Origin: Propionibacteriaceae bacterium
GTDB taxonomy: Bacteria > Actinomycetota > Actinomycetes > Propionibacteriales > Propionibacteriaceae
Length of the DNA: 32,000 nucleotides
NCBI GenBank assembly: GCA_031256725.1
Contig: JAIRQE010000019.1
Span: 60,001 to 92,000, forward strand
Reading direction: 5' to 3'
Part shown: positions 8,563 to 18,189 of the stretch, one piece after another
Numbering within the stretch: the stretch's first letter is position 1
Layout of the letters: each line of letters begins with the position of its first letter
Translations under genes and position numbers: made by a program
The notes under the pieces: generated by a model
Told to the model about the DNA's origin: nothing
Database searches by the model: none
The model's input: only the letters and a program-made list of their open reading frames with translations

Positions 8563-9600
8563 GGCTTCTATGTCAGCGCGAGGATCGTCCGGAGCAACGA
8601 GGACGTCCGCTATGGCACCCTCGCTGATTGCTGTGGATCCTTGAAGCCATTCACGGGCCCTCCACGACACTGCGCCCAGCGCGAACTGGGCACCCCCCAC
8701 GGCTGCAAGCGCACGTACCTCATCCATGATGGTTCCATGGGCACGGGTACCACCAGCGTCAGTTCCTGCATAGATTGAAACTCCCGCTTCTAGAGCCTTA
8801 GCTACGACAGTGGCTGAGCATTCATAGAGGTTGCGCATATGAGCAGCATATTTGGGAAACTTGTCCTCGGCTTGGGCTGCAATCCCTGGGAAGATCTTGA
8901 GATTATCGAGAGTTGGTACAAGGGCCACCTGGTGGCGAGCCATGACAGCAATGGTGTCCCCATCAAGTCCACATCCATGCTCGATACAGTCGATACCTGC
9001 ATTGACAAGCTGGTGTACTGAATCCTCACCAAAGCAGTGAGCCGTAACCTTGGCCCCCTCATCATGGGCTGCCACGATGGCTTCCTGGACAATCTCCTTG
9101 GGCCATAGGGGCGCTAGGTCACCCAGATCCCTATCAATCCAGTCGCCGACCAGTTTGACCCATCCATCTCCTGCCCGGGCTTGGGTACGTACCTCTTCAA
9201 CAAGATCCTCAGGCTCGACTTCGACGGCGAAACCACGGATGTACCTCTTCGGTCGGGCAATGTGACGACCTGCGCGAATGATTGCGGGCATCCCGCTGAG
9301 TCCATCAAGCCAACGGGTATCCATGGGAGTACCCGCATCACGAATGAGTGTGACACCTGTGGCGAGGTCTGTCTTCGCCTGTTCCTCAGCAGTCGACCAT
9401 TCAACCTTTCCACTAGAACACAATCCGACATGACAATGAGCATCAACGAGTCCTGGAAGAATCCATCCTGAGATGGTCTTCGTGGCCTTGGTCGGGGTAT
9501 AGCTCACATAACCATCAACGACCCAGAACTCCACCTCCTGGTCGTTCTCAACCTGAGTACCGTGGACATGGATGACGGTTGCTAGGTCCTGTACTTTCAC
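8533..9600 (-). CDS. metal-dependent amidohydrolase family protein
   Basis: It has the LPGLVDAHCHVGL (HxH) metal site and later HCFGED and GTDAG motifs. Its GTG start overlaps the ffh stop (GTGA). Confidence 0.8.
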   Translation of the reverse strand: MKVQDLATVIHVHGTQVENDQEVEFWVVDGYVSYTPTKATKTISGWILPGLVDAHCHVGLCSSGKVEWSTAEEQAKTDLATGVTLIRDAGTPMDTRWLDGLSGMPAIIRAGRHIARPKRYIRGFAVEVEPEDLVEEVRTQARAGDGWVKLVGDWIDRDLGDLAPLWPKEIVQEAIVAAHDEGAKVTAHCFGEDSVHQLVNAGIDCIEHGCGLDGDTIAVMARHQVALVPTLDNLKIFPGIAAQAEDKFPKYAAHMRNLYECSATVVAKALEAGVSIYAGTDAGGTRAHGTIMDEVRALAAVGGAQFALGAVSWRAREWLQGSTAISEGAIADVLVAPDDPRADIEALSRAVLLFA

Positions 9601-11168
9601 TGATTATCCAGCATTCGTGCGATCTCAGGAGGAAGCTGGAAGTCCTTCATGGCCTGTTCCATTTCTTCGGCTGTGGCTGGTAGACCAAAAGCTGAAGCTG
9701 CATCAGCAATAGCGGCAGGAGTTACCACCGCTCCAGCCCTCTTAGCTGGGTTTCCAGAAACCTTGGATCCAGACTTCTTCCTCTTGCCAGTGGGCTTGGG
9801 CTTACGCCCAGGGGCTCCACCCATACTGGGCATTCCGGGCATTCCACCCATCCCACCAAGCATCCCTGAGCCCAACTGCTGCATCATCTTACGGGCCTCA
9901 GTAAAGCGCGTGACAAGGCCATTCACCTCTGACACCTCAACACCAGCACCCTTGGCAATCCTGGCACGACGAGACCCATTGAGTATCCCCACATCAGCTC
10001 GTTCTGCTGGGGTCATCGAATAGATGATGGCCTCAATCCTATTAATCGACTTATCATCAATCGCACTCAACTGGTCAGCCATCGCACCAGCACCCGGCAA
10101 CATCCCCATAAGCTTCCCAATGGGGCCCATACGACGTACCGCCTGCATCTGGGTTAGGAAGTCTTGAAGGGTGAACTCTCCGCGACCACCAAGGAGCTTG
10201 CTTGCTGCCTCGGCAGCCTGTTCCTGATCAAAATGGCGTTCAGCCTGTTCAATAAGGGTCAGGACATCACCCATATCAAGGATTCGTCCAGCCATACGAT
10301 CAGGGTGGAAGACCTCAAAATCGGCGAGCTTCTCCCCCACCGATGCAAACATGATGGGCGCGCCAGTCACCGTGGCTACCGACAGCGCTGCACCACCACG
10401 AGCATCACCATCAAGCTTCGTGAGTACCACCCCATCAAAGCCGACCTTGTCGGCGAAAGACTTGGCTGTGGTGACAGCATCCTGACCGATCATCGCATCG
10501 ACAACGAACAATGTCTCATCAGGGGAAATAGCCTTGCGAATATCGGCAGCCTGTTTCAACATCTGTTCATCGACACCAAGACGGCCAGCAGTATCCACGA
10601 TCACAACATCATGGAGATGCTTCTTAGCGATGTCGAGGCTCTTGCGGGCCACCTTCACAGGATTGCCAACCCCATTGCCAGGCTCAGGCGCAAAAACCGC
10701 AACCTGGGCCTGCTGCCCAACAACCTGCAACTGGGTGACAGCATTGGGTCGTTGAAGGTCAGCTGCAACCAAGAGTGGGGAGTTCCCTTGCTCCCTCAAC
10801 CAATGCGCCAGCTTCCCTGCGAGAGTGGTCTTACCTGCACCCTGCAAGCCAGCCAACATAATGATCGTTGGAGGGGTCTTCGCAAACTGAAGATTACGGG
10901 TCTGCCCACCCAGGATTTCCACAAGCTGCTCATGAACGATCTTGACGATCTGTTGAGCTGGGTTAATGGCCTTCGAGAGCTCAACTTCGTGAGCCTTGGC
11001 ACGTACCTTGTCGATGAAAGACTTGACCACATCGAGGTTGACGTCTGCCTCCAACAGGGCAACACGGATCTCGCCCAGTGTTGCTTCAATATCGGCATCT
11101 GAGAGCCTGCCCTTACCTCGAAGGGTACGAAAGGCCTTAGACAGACGGTCTTGGAGAGTGTCAAACAT
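9597..11168 (-). CDS. ffh: signal recognition particle protein Ffh (SRP54) with an extended C-terminus
   Basis: It has the N domain MFDTLQDRLSKAFRTLRGKG and the G domain motifs GLQGAGKTT, DTAGR and TKLDGD. A Met-rich M domain is followed by a Gly/Lys-rich tail. Confidence 0.96.
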   Translation of the reverse strand: MFDTLQDRLSKAFRTLRGKGRLSDADIEATLGEIRVALLEADVNLDVVKSFIDKVRAKAHEVELSKAINPAQQIVKIVHEQLVEILGGQTRNLQFAKTPPTIIMLAGLQGAGKTTLAGKLAHWLREQGNSPLLVAADLQRPNAVTQLQVVGQQAQVAVFAPEPGNGVGNPVKVARKSLDIAKKHLHDVVIVDTAGRLGVDEQMLKQAADIRKAISPDETLFVVDAMIGQDAVTTAKSFADKVGFDGVVLTKLDGDARGGAALSVATVTGAPIMFASVGEKLADFEVFHPDRMAGRILDMGDVLTLIEQAERHFDQEQAAEAASKLLGGRGEFTLQDFLTQMQAVRRMGPIGKLMGMLPGAGAMADQLSAIDDKSINRIEAIIYSMTPAERADVGILNGSRRARIAKGAGVEVSEVNGLVTRFTEARKMMQQLGSGMLGGMGGMPGMPSMGGAPGRKPKPTGKRKKSGSKVSGNPAKRAGAVVTPAAIADAASAFGLPATAEEMEQAMKDFQLPPEIARMLDNQ

Positions 11169-11259
11169 AGCTTCCCTTTCTGGATAACTAGGGTACTAGA
11201 ACCATGAACCCCTATGAGACCGACCTCAATCCGGCGAGTCGGGACACTACAGTGGTGTC

Positions 11260-12105
11260 GTGCCCAACCACAGTGTCATCACCTTCAGATGCCCCGACCG
11301 TCCGGGGATCGTCCATGCCATCACTGGTGTCATCGTTGAGATGAATGGCAATATCACCGAGCTTCAACAGTATTCCTCACCCGACACAGGTACTTTCTTC
11401 ATGAGAGTACAGGTCGAATCTGCGCTTAACGCTGAACAATGGGCCCAGACCCTCGCCACTATTGCCAATCAGTTCTCAGGGATAGTGAGTGCCGACGAAG
11501 TAGGCCGGGCCTTGCGGACACTCATTTTGGTCTCCACTGCTGGACACTGCCTGAACACCCTTCTTTCCCAGGTACGTACCGGAGCACTGCCTATCACTGT
11601 GCCGGTTATCCTCTCCAATCACGCAGACCTTGAACCCTTGGCCCATTTCTATGGCACTCACTTTGAACATCGCTATGTCATCCAGGAGAACAAGGCAGAG
11701 TTCGAGGACCTCATTCGTCGTGTGGTTGTGGACCATGACATTGAACTGGTGGTCCTTGCTCGCTATATGCAGATCCTTTCTCCCGAACTGTGTGAATTCC
11801 TTTCGACAAGGGCAATCAACATCCATCACTCCTTCCTTCCCGGTTTCAAGGGCGCAAATCCCTATCGTCGAGCCCACGCTCGCGGAGTGAAATTGATTGG
11901 CGCAACAGCCCACTTCGTCACCCCTGACCTCGACGAGGGTCCCATCATCGAACAATCAGTGGTACGCGTGGATCACTCGAAATCTGTCGAAGATCTCGTA
12001 GAAATTGGCAAAGATATCGAGTCCACAACCCTGGCTCACGCCGTCAAGATGTTCGCCCAACACCGAGTGTTGCTTGATGGAGTACGTACCGTCGTCTTTG
12101 ACTAA
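11260..12105 (+). CDS. purU: formyltetrahydrofolate deformylase
   Basis: An N-terminal ACT-like segment (ITFRCPDRPGIVHAITGVIVEMNGNI) is followed by a formyltransferase core (INIHHSFLPGFKGANPY, GATAHFVTPDLDEGPII). The start is a GTG. Confidence 0.9.
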   Translation: MPNHSVITFRCPDRPGIVHAITGVIVEMNGNITELQQYSSPDTGTFFMRVQVESALNAEQWAQTLATIANQFSGIVSADEVGRALRTLILVSTAGHCLNTLLSQVRTGALPITVPVILSNHADLEPLAHFYGTHFEHRYVIQENKAEFEDLIRRVVVDHDIELVVLARYMQILSPELCEFLSTRAINIHHSFLPGFKGANPYRRAHARGVKLIGATAHFVTPDLDEGPIIEQSVVRVDHSKSVEDLVEIGKDIESTTLAHAVKMFAQHRVLLDGVRTVVFD

Positions 12106-12333
12106 CAGTCAGACATAGATTCTCCGTGCCTGGTATCCAAGAATTGACCATCCTGCGCAAGAAGCAAGAGTTGTCTATGTTTTCACATAAATTCTTCAAC
12201 TATTCAACAGAAAACGATAACATTTTATTGAAAGAGTGGTTATTCGCTTGTGGTACAACTTTTCACAGAATCACAACTCCGCCCGCCTGTGTACTGGCTT
12301 CGATTTGGTGAGGTAAGATAAGGGTCAATACCA

Positions 12334-12466
12334 ATTCCGGGGTCGGTGAAATTCCGAGCCGGCGGTGATAGACACGCGTCTTAAGTCCGCGAACCTTGTG
12401 TACACAGCACATAGGCCGATCTGGTGAGATTCCAGAACCGACAGTTAAAGTCTGGATGGGAGGAAT
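12334..12466 (+). promoter_or_regulatory. FMN riboswitch (RFN element)
   Basis: The conserved RFN blocks can be read directly: ggggtcGGTGAAATTCCgagCCGGCGGTgat...AGTCCGCGAaCC...ctGGTGagATTCCagaaCCGACAGTtaAAGTCTGGATGGGAGg. P1 is closed by attcc (12334-12338) and ggaat (12462-12466). Downstream, ctcccatc (around 12509) can pair with either gatgggag or the SD ggaggg. Confidence 0.85.
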
Positions 12467-12559
12467 GGGTACGGCTGCTGCCGCATTTTCGGCATTGCCT
12501 GCGTACTCTCCCATCTCCTGGCATCGGTTCATATCAGCTTCGAGATCGAAGGAGGGACG

Positions 12560-13375
12560 ATGGCCAGGCGCTCTGTACGCACCAAACGCACCAACCCATG
12601 GCTGGTCTTCCTCGCGCCCATGTGCCTGGGGGTAATCCTTCTAGCTGGTTGGGTACTCGCGACCACGCCAGGAGGAATCCCGAAATATCTCCTGCCCTCC
12701 CCGATGGCTGTGGCCCAGGAACTATGGGATGGGTTGTTTGTCTACCGCGACCTGTGGGGGTACATGTGGGTGACCCTAAGTGAAGCCTTGACCGGCGCTC
12801 TCGTTGGGTTTCTTATTGCTGTACCCCTCGCCGTTGTGATCTATCGTTCACGGATCGCCTCTGCGGCCACCCTGCCTTTTCTTGGGGCCACCCAAGCTAT
12901 CCCTGCCATTGCCCTAGCCCCACTGCTCGCCCTATGGGTGGGGTACGGTATGAGCGGAAAGGTAGTCCTGTGTGCTCTGATGGTCTTCTTCCCCATCCTG
13001 GTGAGTTCTGTAGTGGGCTTTCGCCATATCGATCCTGAGGTTTTGAGTGCTGCCCAGGTTGATGGTGCAGGGTCCCTCGCCACCCTGTTCAACATTGAAA
13101 TCCCCCTGGCTTTGCCGAATATTCTGTCCGGGGTACGAAACGGCTTCACTTTGTCTGTGACAGGCGCTGTCGTCGGAGAGATGGTCATTGGGGCCCGAGA
13201 TCTTGGTTTGGGAAGCCTGTTAACTGTTCAGGTTTCCGCTTTCAACATCGCTCGTACTTTTAGCATCATCATCATCTTGGTGCTCATCGCCACAACCCTC
13301 TACACAATCGTCTCGATCATCGAACGTCGGTGGTCTGACTTAACAAAACCCTTATCAGAAGGAGATTCACGATGA
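12560..13375 (+). CDS. ABC transporter permease (NitT/TauT-type), candidate riboflavin importer permease (RibX-like)
   Basis: This multi-TM protein has an EAA-loop-like segment, AAQVDGAGSLATLFNIEIPLALPNILSG. It lies directly downstream of the FMN riboswitch and is translationally coupled to the next gene (ATGA). Confidence 0.8.
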   Translation: MARRSVRTKRTNPWLVFLAPMCLGVILLAGWVLATTPGGIPKYLLPSPMAVAQELWDGLFVYRDLWGYMWVTLSEALTGALVGFLIAVPLAVVIYRSRIASAATLPFLGATQAIPAIALAPLLALWVGYGMSGKVVLCALMVFFPILVSSVVGFRHIDPEVLSAAQVDGAGSLATLFNIEIPLALPNILSGVRNGFTLSVTGAVVGEMVIGARDLGLGSLLTVQVSAFNIARTFSIIIILVLIATTLYTIVSIIERRWSDLTKPLSEGDSR

Positions 13376-14394
13376 AAACCGCCCTTATCCGCCGTCTTGG
13401 CCTTGTTCTGGCTGCGACACTGTGCCTGAGCTTGGTCGGATGTACTGAGCCAGTGGATCAGCCCACACCAGAAGTACCCCAGGCCACCTCGACAACTGTG
13501 GGCTTGACGTTCATCCCCAATATCCAATTTGCTCCCTTCTATATTGCGGAAAAAAACGGATTCACAGGAGACTACGAACATATCGATAATGTTGAGGTAA
13601 CCTTGCGCCACCATGGTGCTGGCGAAGGTCTCTTCACTGCCTTAGCTGCTGGTGATGAAGACTTCGTCGTTGCTGGTGGAGACGAGATCCTTGAGGCTCG
13701 TACCCAAGGAATCGACCTTGTAGCTGTGGCCTCCTATTACGGGCAGTACCCTGTACGTTTCATTGTTCCTGAGGGTTCCGATATTGCTTCTGTCGCTGAT
13801 TTGCGTGGACACTCTATTGGGCTTCCTGGTCGTTTTGGTGAGAATTGGTACGCCTTGTTGATTGCTCTCAATGAGGCAGGGCTAACCGAGGAGGATGTCG
13901 AGATCGTCGAGATTGGGTACACTCATCAGGTTGCTCTAACCACCGGACAGGTCGATGCTGTTGTGGGCTTCGCGAACTCCGATGTCATCAATTTCCAGAC
14001 TGCTGGATTCCCTGTCACTGTGATTGATCCTGAGGTACCACTGGTGTCGATCTGTCTAGCGACCACCCGTGCTTATGCTGAAGCCAATCCCAAAATCGTC
14101 GGTCATGTCATCGCTGGCATGAAGGCTGGGATGAGAGCCGCCATTGATGACACTGAGGGTACCCTCACGATTGCTGCAGACTATATCCCCAGCTTCCGTG
14201 GAGAAACTGTTGATGCTGCTCGGGTGGTACTTCCGGCTACGGCTGCCCTCTTCGTCGATGATGCAGGGAAGGTATCCCCCGAGTTGAATCCTGGACAGTG
14301 GACGCGTATGGCTGAGGCTATGACTGCCGTGGGGCTTATCCCAGAAGGTACCGATGCTTCCCTTGCTTTCAGCAATGATTACCTGCTTAGCTAA
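13372..14394 (+). CDS. lipoprotein substrate-binding protein (NMT1/THI5-ThiY-like), candidate riboflavin-binding RibY-like
   Basis: It has a signal peptide with the lipobox LSLVGC. The periplasmic-binding-protein-like body resembles the NMT1/ThiY type (my impression of the fold family). It is in the same operon as the riboswitch-controlled permease. Confidence 0.75.
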   Translation: MKTALIRRLGLVLAATLCLSLVGCTEPVDQPTPEVPQATSTTVGLTFIPNIQFAPFYIAEKNGFTGDYEHIDNVEVTLRHHGAGEGLFTALAAGDEDFVVAGGDEILEARTQGIDLVAVASYYGQYPVRFIVPEGSDIASVADLRGHSIGLPGRFGENWYALLIALNEAGLTEEDVEIVEIGYTHQVALTTGQVDAVVGFANSDVINFQTAGFPVTVIDPEVPLVSICLATTRAYAEANPKIVGHVIAGMKAGMRAAIDDTEGTLTIAADYIPSFRGETVDAARVVLPATAALFVDDAGKVSPELNPGQWTRMAEAMTAVGLIPEGTDASLAFSNDYLLS

Positions 14395-14412
14395 CTGAAA
14401 ATATGGGTACAG

Positions 14413-14446
14413 GGTGTTCCATCTCTTCTCAGGTGGAACACCTTTC
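14413..14446 (+). terminator. rho-independent terminator after the transporter operon
   Basis: ggtgttcca (14413-14421) and tggaacacc (14434-14442) form a perfect 9 bp stem, followed by tttc. It lies 19 nt after the stop. Confidence 0.6.
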
Positions 14447-14617
14447 ACTCATTCTTGTGAAGTTTCCGGCAGGGGTTGAGCGTAGTGAATACCTCAACAC
14501 AGACTGAGAGAAAAGGGAGCCCGCTCATTCTTCCGAAGTCAAAGAAGAGATTGGACGTAGTGATACTTCCTCACGGGTTCATATTGAACCCGTTCGTCAA
14601 CCACGCCCTTGGCCTCG

Positions 14618-14641
14618 GCAGAGAACGCAAGCGTTCTCTGC
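14618..14641. other. strong hairpin downstream of tRNA-Lys(TTT), with a second one at 14573-14593
   Basis: gcagagaacg-caag-cgttctctgc forms a 10 bp stem with a 4 nt loop. acgggttca-tat-tgaacccgt forms a 9 bp stem. Neither is followed by a clear U-tract on either strand. Confidence 0.3.
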
Positions 14642-14659
14642 TCTTGACCTGCATAGCGG

Positions 14660-14731
14660 TACCCCCAGCGGGGCTCGAACCCGCGACCTACGGATTAAAA
14701 GTCCGGAGCTCTACCACTGAGCTATAGGGGC
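14660..14731 (-). tRNA. tRNA-Lys (anticodon TTT)
   Basis: The reverse complement folds as acceptor gccccta, D arm gctc/gagc, anticodon arm tccgg-acTTTTaa-tccgt (with wobble), T arm gcggg-ttcgagc-cccgc. CCA is not encoded. Confidence 0.88.
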
Positions 14732-14823
14732 ACCGAATAGTGTAGCCCCTGAGGGCATGAACTGGCGAACCTGAACTGAGACTAATGATCAAAGTACCTG
14801 GTCATTCGAGATAGTCTGGTCCC

Positions 14824-15513
14824 ATGATGTTGAAGTGTTTCGAGTCTGGGGAATTCCAAGCAAATTGCTATATCATGACTCTTGGTGATGGGCAGGAATG
14901 CATAATCATTGATCCTGGGATGGATTCTTGCGAGACTGCCATCGCTGTGATTGATGGAAGTGAGTTGACCCCAGTTGGGATCCTGGCCACCCATGGACAC
15001 GTGGACCATATTGCCGAAGCAGCACCATTGGCCACACATTACTCAGTTCCAGTATGGATTCACCCGGACGACGAACCATTATTGTTTTCTCCCGAGAAGG
15101 GTCTCTGGGATGGTGCTTCCGCATGGTTGTCGATGATGCTTCCACAAGGGCTGCCCATTCCACCTCAAATCGAGTATGTTTCAGATGGACAGAAGCTGAC
15201 TATGGCTGGAATGGAGATCAACGTCATTCACGCACCTGGTCATACCCGGGGCTCGGTGATCTACACCGTTGCCGACAATAAGGGGAAGTTCGCGTTCACT
15301 GGCGATGTTCTATTTGCAGGTTCTATCGGGCGTACCGATATGCAAGATGGCGATATGGAGGCAATGCTGGAGTCCCTGCGAGGCCCAGTCTTGGCATTCC
15401 CTGATCAAATGGCGATCTTTCCTGGTCATGGCCCAGAGTCAACCATGGTCAAGGAGCGGGCGACGAACCCCTATCTTCAACCCCGCTTTCTGAATCGCTC
15501 CGACCTTGGATAG
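14824..15513 (+). CDS. MBL-fold metallo-hydrolase (glyoxalase II-like)
   Basis: It has the THGHVDH (HxHxDH) motif, later HAPGHTRGS, and GDVLFAGSIGRTD. Confidence 0.85.
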   Translation: MMLKCFESGEFQANCYIMTLGDGQECIIIDPGMDSCETAIAVIDGSELTPVGILATHGHVDHIAEAAPLATHYSVPVWIHPDDEPLLFSPEKGLWDGASAWLSMMLPQGLPIPPQIEYVSDGQKLTMAGMEINVIHAPGHTRGSVIYTVADNKGKFAFTGDVLFAGSIGRTDMQDGDMEAMLESLRGPVLAFPDQMAIFPGHGPESTMVKERATNPYLQPRFLNRSDLG

Positions 15514-15552
15514 AGTCGCAGATATGTCCAGGGAGTACGGCATACTTGGACT

Positions 15553-16527
15553 GTGGCGAGTTTCTTTGGGCATCTAACCCTCATTACTGGGCCAGAGGCC
15601 TATCTTGCTGAACGCGAGGTTTCTCGCCGGATTGCCCAGGCCAAGGCTCAGACCCCTGAAGCGCGAGTGGCTTCGGCCATTGCGGCTGATCTGACTCCCA
15701 CCGACCTAGAGCAGATGAGTGGTACGGACCTCTTCTCTTCAGCCACCATCGCCTGTATCACCGAGGCTCACTACACACCCAAAGACATAGAGCAGCAGTT
15801 ACTGACCCTGGCGCGGGATGTACCAGACCACTTGGCCCTCATTGTCAGTCACGCTGGAGGCAATCAAGGCAAAGCCATCTTGGATAAGCTGTCATCCTTG
15901 GCCGCTACCGTACTTCCCCATCCACTGCTCAAACCCAAGGATCTACCAGGTTTCGTGATGGATGAAGTGAAGAGTCGCCAACGCAAGATTGCCCCAGATG
16001 CACCCCAGGCTCTCATAGAGTCCGTGGGTCAGGACACCCGTAGTCTTGCGGCTGCCGTATCCCAGATCTTGGCCGACTCCGAGACGGATGAGGTCATCTC
16101 GGTATCGGTTGTAACCAAGTACTTTGGGGGCCTCGCAACTGTGACTCCCTATGCTGTCAGTGATGATGTGATGGCTGGACGCGTTGGTGATGCCATCGTT
16201 AAGCTCCGCTGGGCCCTGGCCACTGGTGTAGCCCACACTAGGATCACCTCGGCTCTGGCGAGCTCCCTTCGACAGATTGGGATCTACCTCACGCTCGCAG
16301 CAACCAAACGTCAACCCAGGGCCGAGGACATCGGTATCCCCCAGTGGAGACTCAAATCCTTTGTACCTGTAGCTCGTGCCTGGTCTCCGAAGGCTGTCGC
16401 TGGCGCGATTAGGGCAGTCAGCCAAGCTGATGCCCAGGTCAAGGGTGCAGCCCAGGATCCCGATTATGCCTTGGAGAGACTGATCATCCGTCTAGCCTCC
16501 CTTCGACGTACAGCCCATGACAGCTAA
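15553..16527 (+). CDS. holA: DNA polymerase III subunit delta
   Basis: It is 324 aa with an LITGPEAYLAEREV-type N-terminus and an alpha-helical C-terminal half, matching the size and profile of actinobacterial HolA. The start is a GTG. The call is based on a family-level impression only. Confidence 0.65.
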   Translation: MASFFGHLTLITGPEAYLAEREVSRRIAQAKAQTPEARVASAIAADLTPTDLEQMSGTDLFSSATIACITEAHYTPKDIEQQLLTLARDVPDHLALIVSHAGGNQGKAILDKLSSLAATVLPHPLLKPKDLPGFVMDEVKSRQRKIAPDAPQALIESVGQDTRSLAAAVSQILADSETDEVISVSVVTKYFGGLATVTPYAVSDDVMAGRVGDAIVKLRWALATGVAHTRITSALASSLRQIGIYLTLAATKRQPRAEDIGIPQWRLKSFVPVARAWSPKAVAGAIRAVSQADAQVKGAAQDPDYALERLIIRLASLRRTAHDS

Positions 16528-16549
16528 GAAAATCAACTAGGCTGGACTC

Positions 16550-17053
16550 GTGGACACAAGTACCAAAACTCTGATTATCCTGCGCCATGCCAAATCGGAT
16601 TGGAGTACAGGTGCCCCAGATTTTGATCGCCCCCTCACTGACCTGGGTCGCCTAGATGCCCATGCTGCTGGGAATCTGATTTCGTCGTACCCTATCGACC
16701 TGGTGTGGTGTTCGGCAGCTAAACGCACCCAGGAGACATGGGAGCAGGCCCACTTGGGTGGAGCCCAAGCTAAGGAGATTGACGTCCGTCGCTCCTTCTA
16801 TGACACCTGGGTTGACGCCCTGATCAGCGAAATGACCCTCCTCGATGACACTGTGTCCACTCTGGCAATCGTGAACCATCAACCCACGGTTGGGGATCTG
16901 GTTTTCATCCTCGCTCGACCCTCAACTTTGACCAGTCAAGTATCTGAGCACTTCCCCACCGCAGGGGTAGCTGTCTTGAGCTATCAGGGATCGTGGGCCA
17001 GTATTCGTGGACAGGATCTCGTTCTTGACCGTTTTGATCGCGTACGAGCGTGA
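16550..17053 (+). CDS. histidine phosphatase family protein (SixA-like)
   Basis: LIILRHAKSDW contains the catalytic RHA/RHG motif. The ~165 aa size is typical of SixA-like phosphohistidine phosphatases. Confidence 0.75.
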   Translation: MDTSTKTLIILRHAKSDWSTGAPDFDRPLTDLGRLDAHAAGNLISSYPIDLVWCSAAKRTQETWEQAHLGGAQAKEIDVRRSFYDTWVDALISEMTLLDDTVSTLAIVNHQPTVGDLVFILARPSTLTSQVSEHFPTAGVAVLSYQGSWASIRGQDLVLDRFDRVRA

Positions 17054-17364
17054 GTTTGTCACCACATCAGACTCGCAGCATAGGAAAAGTCATCATGAGA
17101 TAACTTGCATGGTGCTTAGTTTTAGTACTTGCACTGTCTGGGGTTGTACACCAATCAACAAGGTGCCGAGTGGATGTTGGACACCACCACCTGCCGTTGG
17201 CGATGATGCGACCGATGATGCTCGCACGGCACAGATTATCGAGCAGTGTTCACTCAGCGCTGAGGATACATACATGATTGACCTCAATGAATTTCAGAGA
17301 AACCCCACATCACAATTTTCTCCCTGGGGAATGCCAAAGACTGTGAGGCATTGGAGTCGGGAAC

Positions 17365-17751
17365 CTAGGCCCTCTTAGACCTCATACCCTTAAGTTGCCT
17401 AAGTCCTGTGTCCTTCTCAAATTTCTCATATTCGTCTGAGCCGAGATTTACAAGGGCAATCTTTCCCTCAGCATTGGAGTGTATACCCCAGCCATATCTC
17501 TTGGTCAATGGTGAAGAGCGAAAACAGGGTTGAGGCCTGGAAAAAAAGAGCTCTCTTGACATCCCCTTTGGTTCTCCTTGAGCAGCATATAAAACATCAT
17601 CAGATGTGAATTCATAAGGATGATCATTCAACATTTCGAATGCAATCTGCGCTGCGCTGGGAGGCTGTTTCGAGGGTGGAATTTCAGATGAGGAAACAGG
17701 GCAATCCTCAGCAACAGCAATGAAAGCATTAATGTAATTTGTGGTCGACAT
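17365..17751 (-). CDS. conserved hypothetical protein (DUF6157-like, from memory)
   Basis: This 128 aa protein has NYINAFIAVAEDCPV, PYEFTSDDVLY and SPLTKRYGWGIHSNAEGKIAL, which are the blocks I associate with that family. It is the first AT-richer gene after the core block. Confidence 0.6.
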   Translation of the reverse strand: MSTTNYINAFIAVAEDCPVSSSEIPPSKQPPSAAQIAFEMLNDHPYEFTSDDVLYAAQGEPKGMSRELFFSRPQPCFRSSPLTKRYGWGIHSNAEGKIALVNLGSDEYEKFEKDTGLRQLKGMRSKRA

Positions 17752-17872
17752 GTATGCACCATAACAGAAAACGAAAGAAAAGGGGGTCTGTCGACGCTCC
17801 TCGAATTTGGAGCCGTTTTCGCTCGTTGAAAGCTGGGGACTTTCGGATTAACGGTGTAAGTGGCGGTTTTCA

Positions 17873-18000
17873 TTAGCGTTCCTCTGCGGCCGGCATCCGG
17901 TCCGGGAAGGTGATATCGAAAGCGTTGAGTGCTGGTTTCTTGCGTTGCATCCATTTCGTCTGGCCTGTGCCTTTCGGGTCAAGGCTTCGAACAGTTCCGT
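17873..18000 (-). pseudogene. C-terminal remnant of an IS256 (mutator) family transposase
   Basis: My own translation gives ...GTVRSLDPKGTGQTKWMQRKKPALNAFDITFPDRMPAAEER*, which matches the conserved IS256-family C-terminus (...RSLDPTGxGxxRWxxRWKxALNAFxITFxDR...). Nothing transposase-like continues upstream of about 18000. Confidence 0.55.
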
Positions 18001-18189
18001 TTATAATCGACCATGATCGGTACCTTTCATTCCACACGCATCCCAACAACACGCTTTGACTGCATCTGGAGTGTGTCCATCAGCAGTGGGGTAGCCAAGG
18101 AGTAGCGATGCCCGAACGCCAGTAGAAGTAACAGATTTCCATGGAGACATTCTTCGTTGTTATGCGACACAGAATCCAGAATCTGCACG

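Noticed and set aside
10164-11102. 312 aa plus-strand ORF, plus 122-124 aa ORFs in the same region
   Set aside because: They lie entirely inside ffh on the opposite strand or in other frames. ffh has complete SRP54 N, G and M motifs.
12334-12466. Alternative reading of the element as a cobalamin or TPP riboswitch
   Set aside because: GGTGAAATTCC initially suggested a B12 element. However, there is no B12 box and no TPP CUGAGA/ACCUGA motifs. The paired GGTGxxATTCC...CCGxCxGT...AGTCxGxxxGGGAG halves are characteristic of the FMN riboswitch.
12263-12783. 89 aa (minus), 79 aa and 119 aa (plus) ORFs
   Set aside because: They overlap the FMN riboswitch and the 5' end of the permease gene. The region is explained by the conserved RFN sequence blocks and the permease frame.
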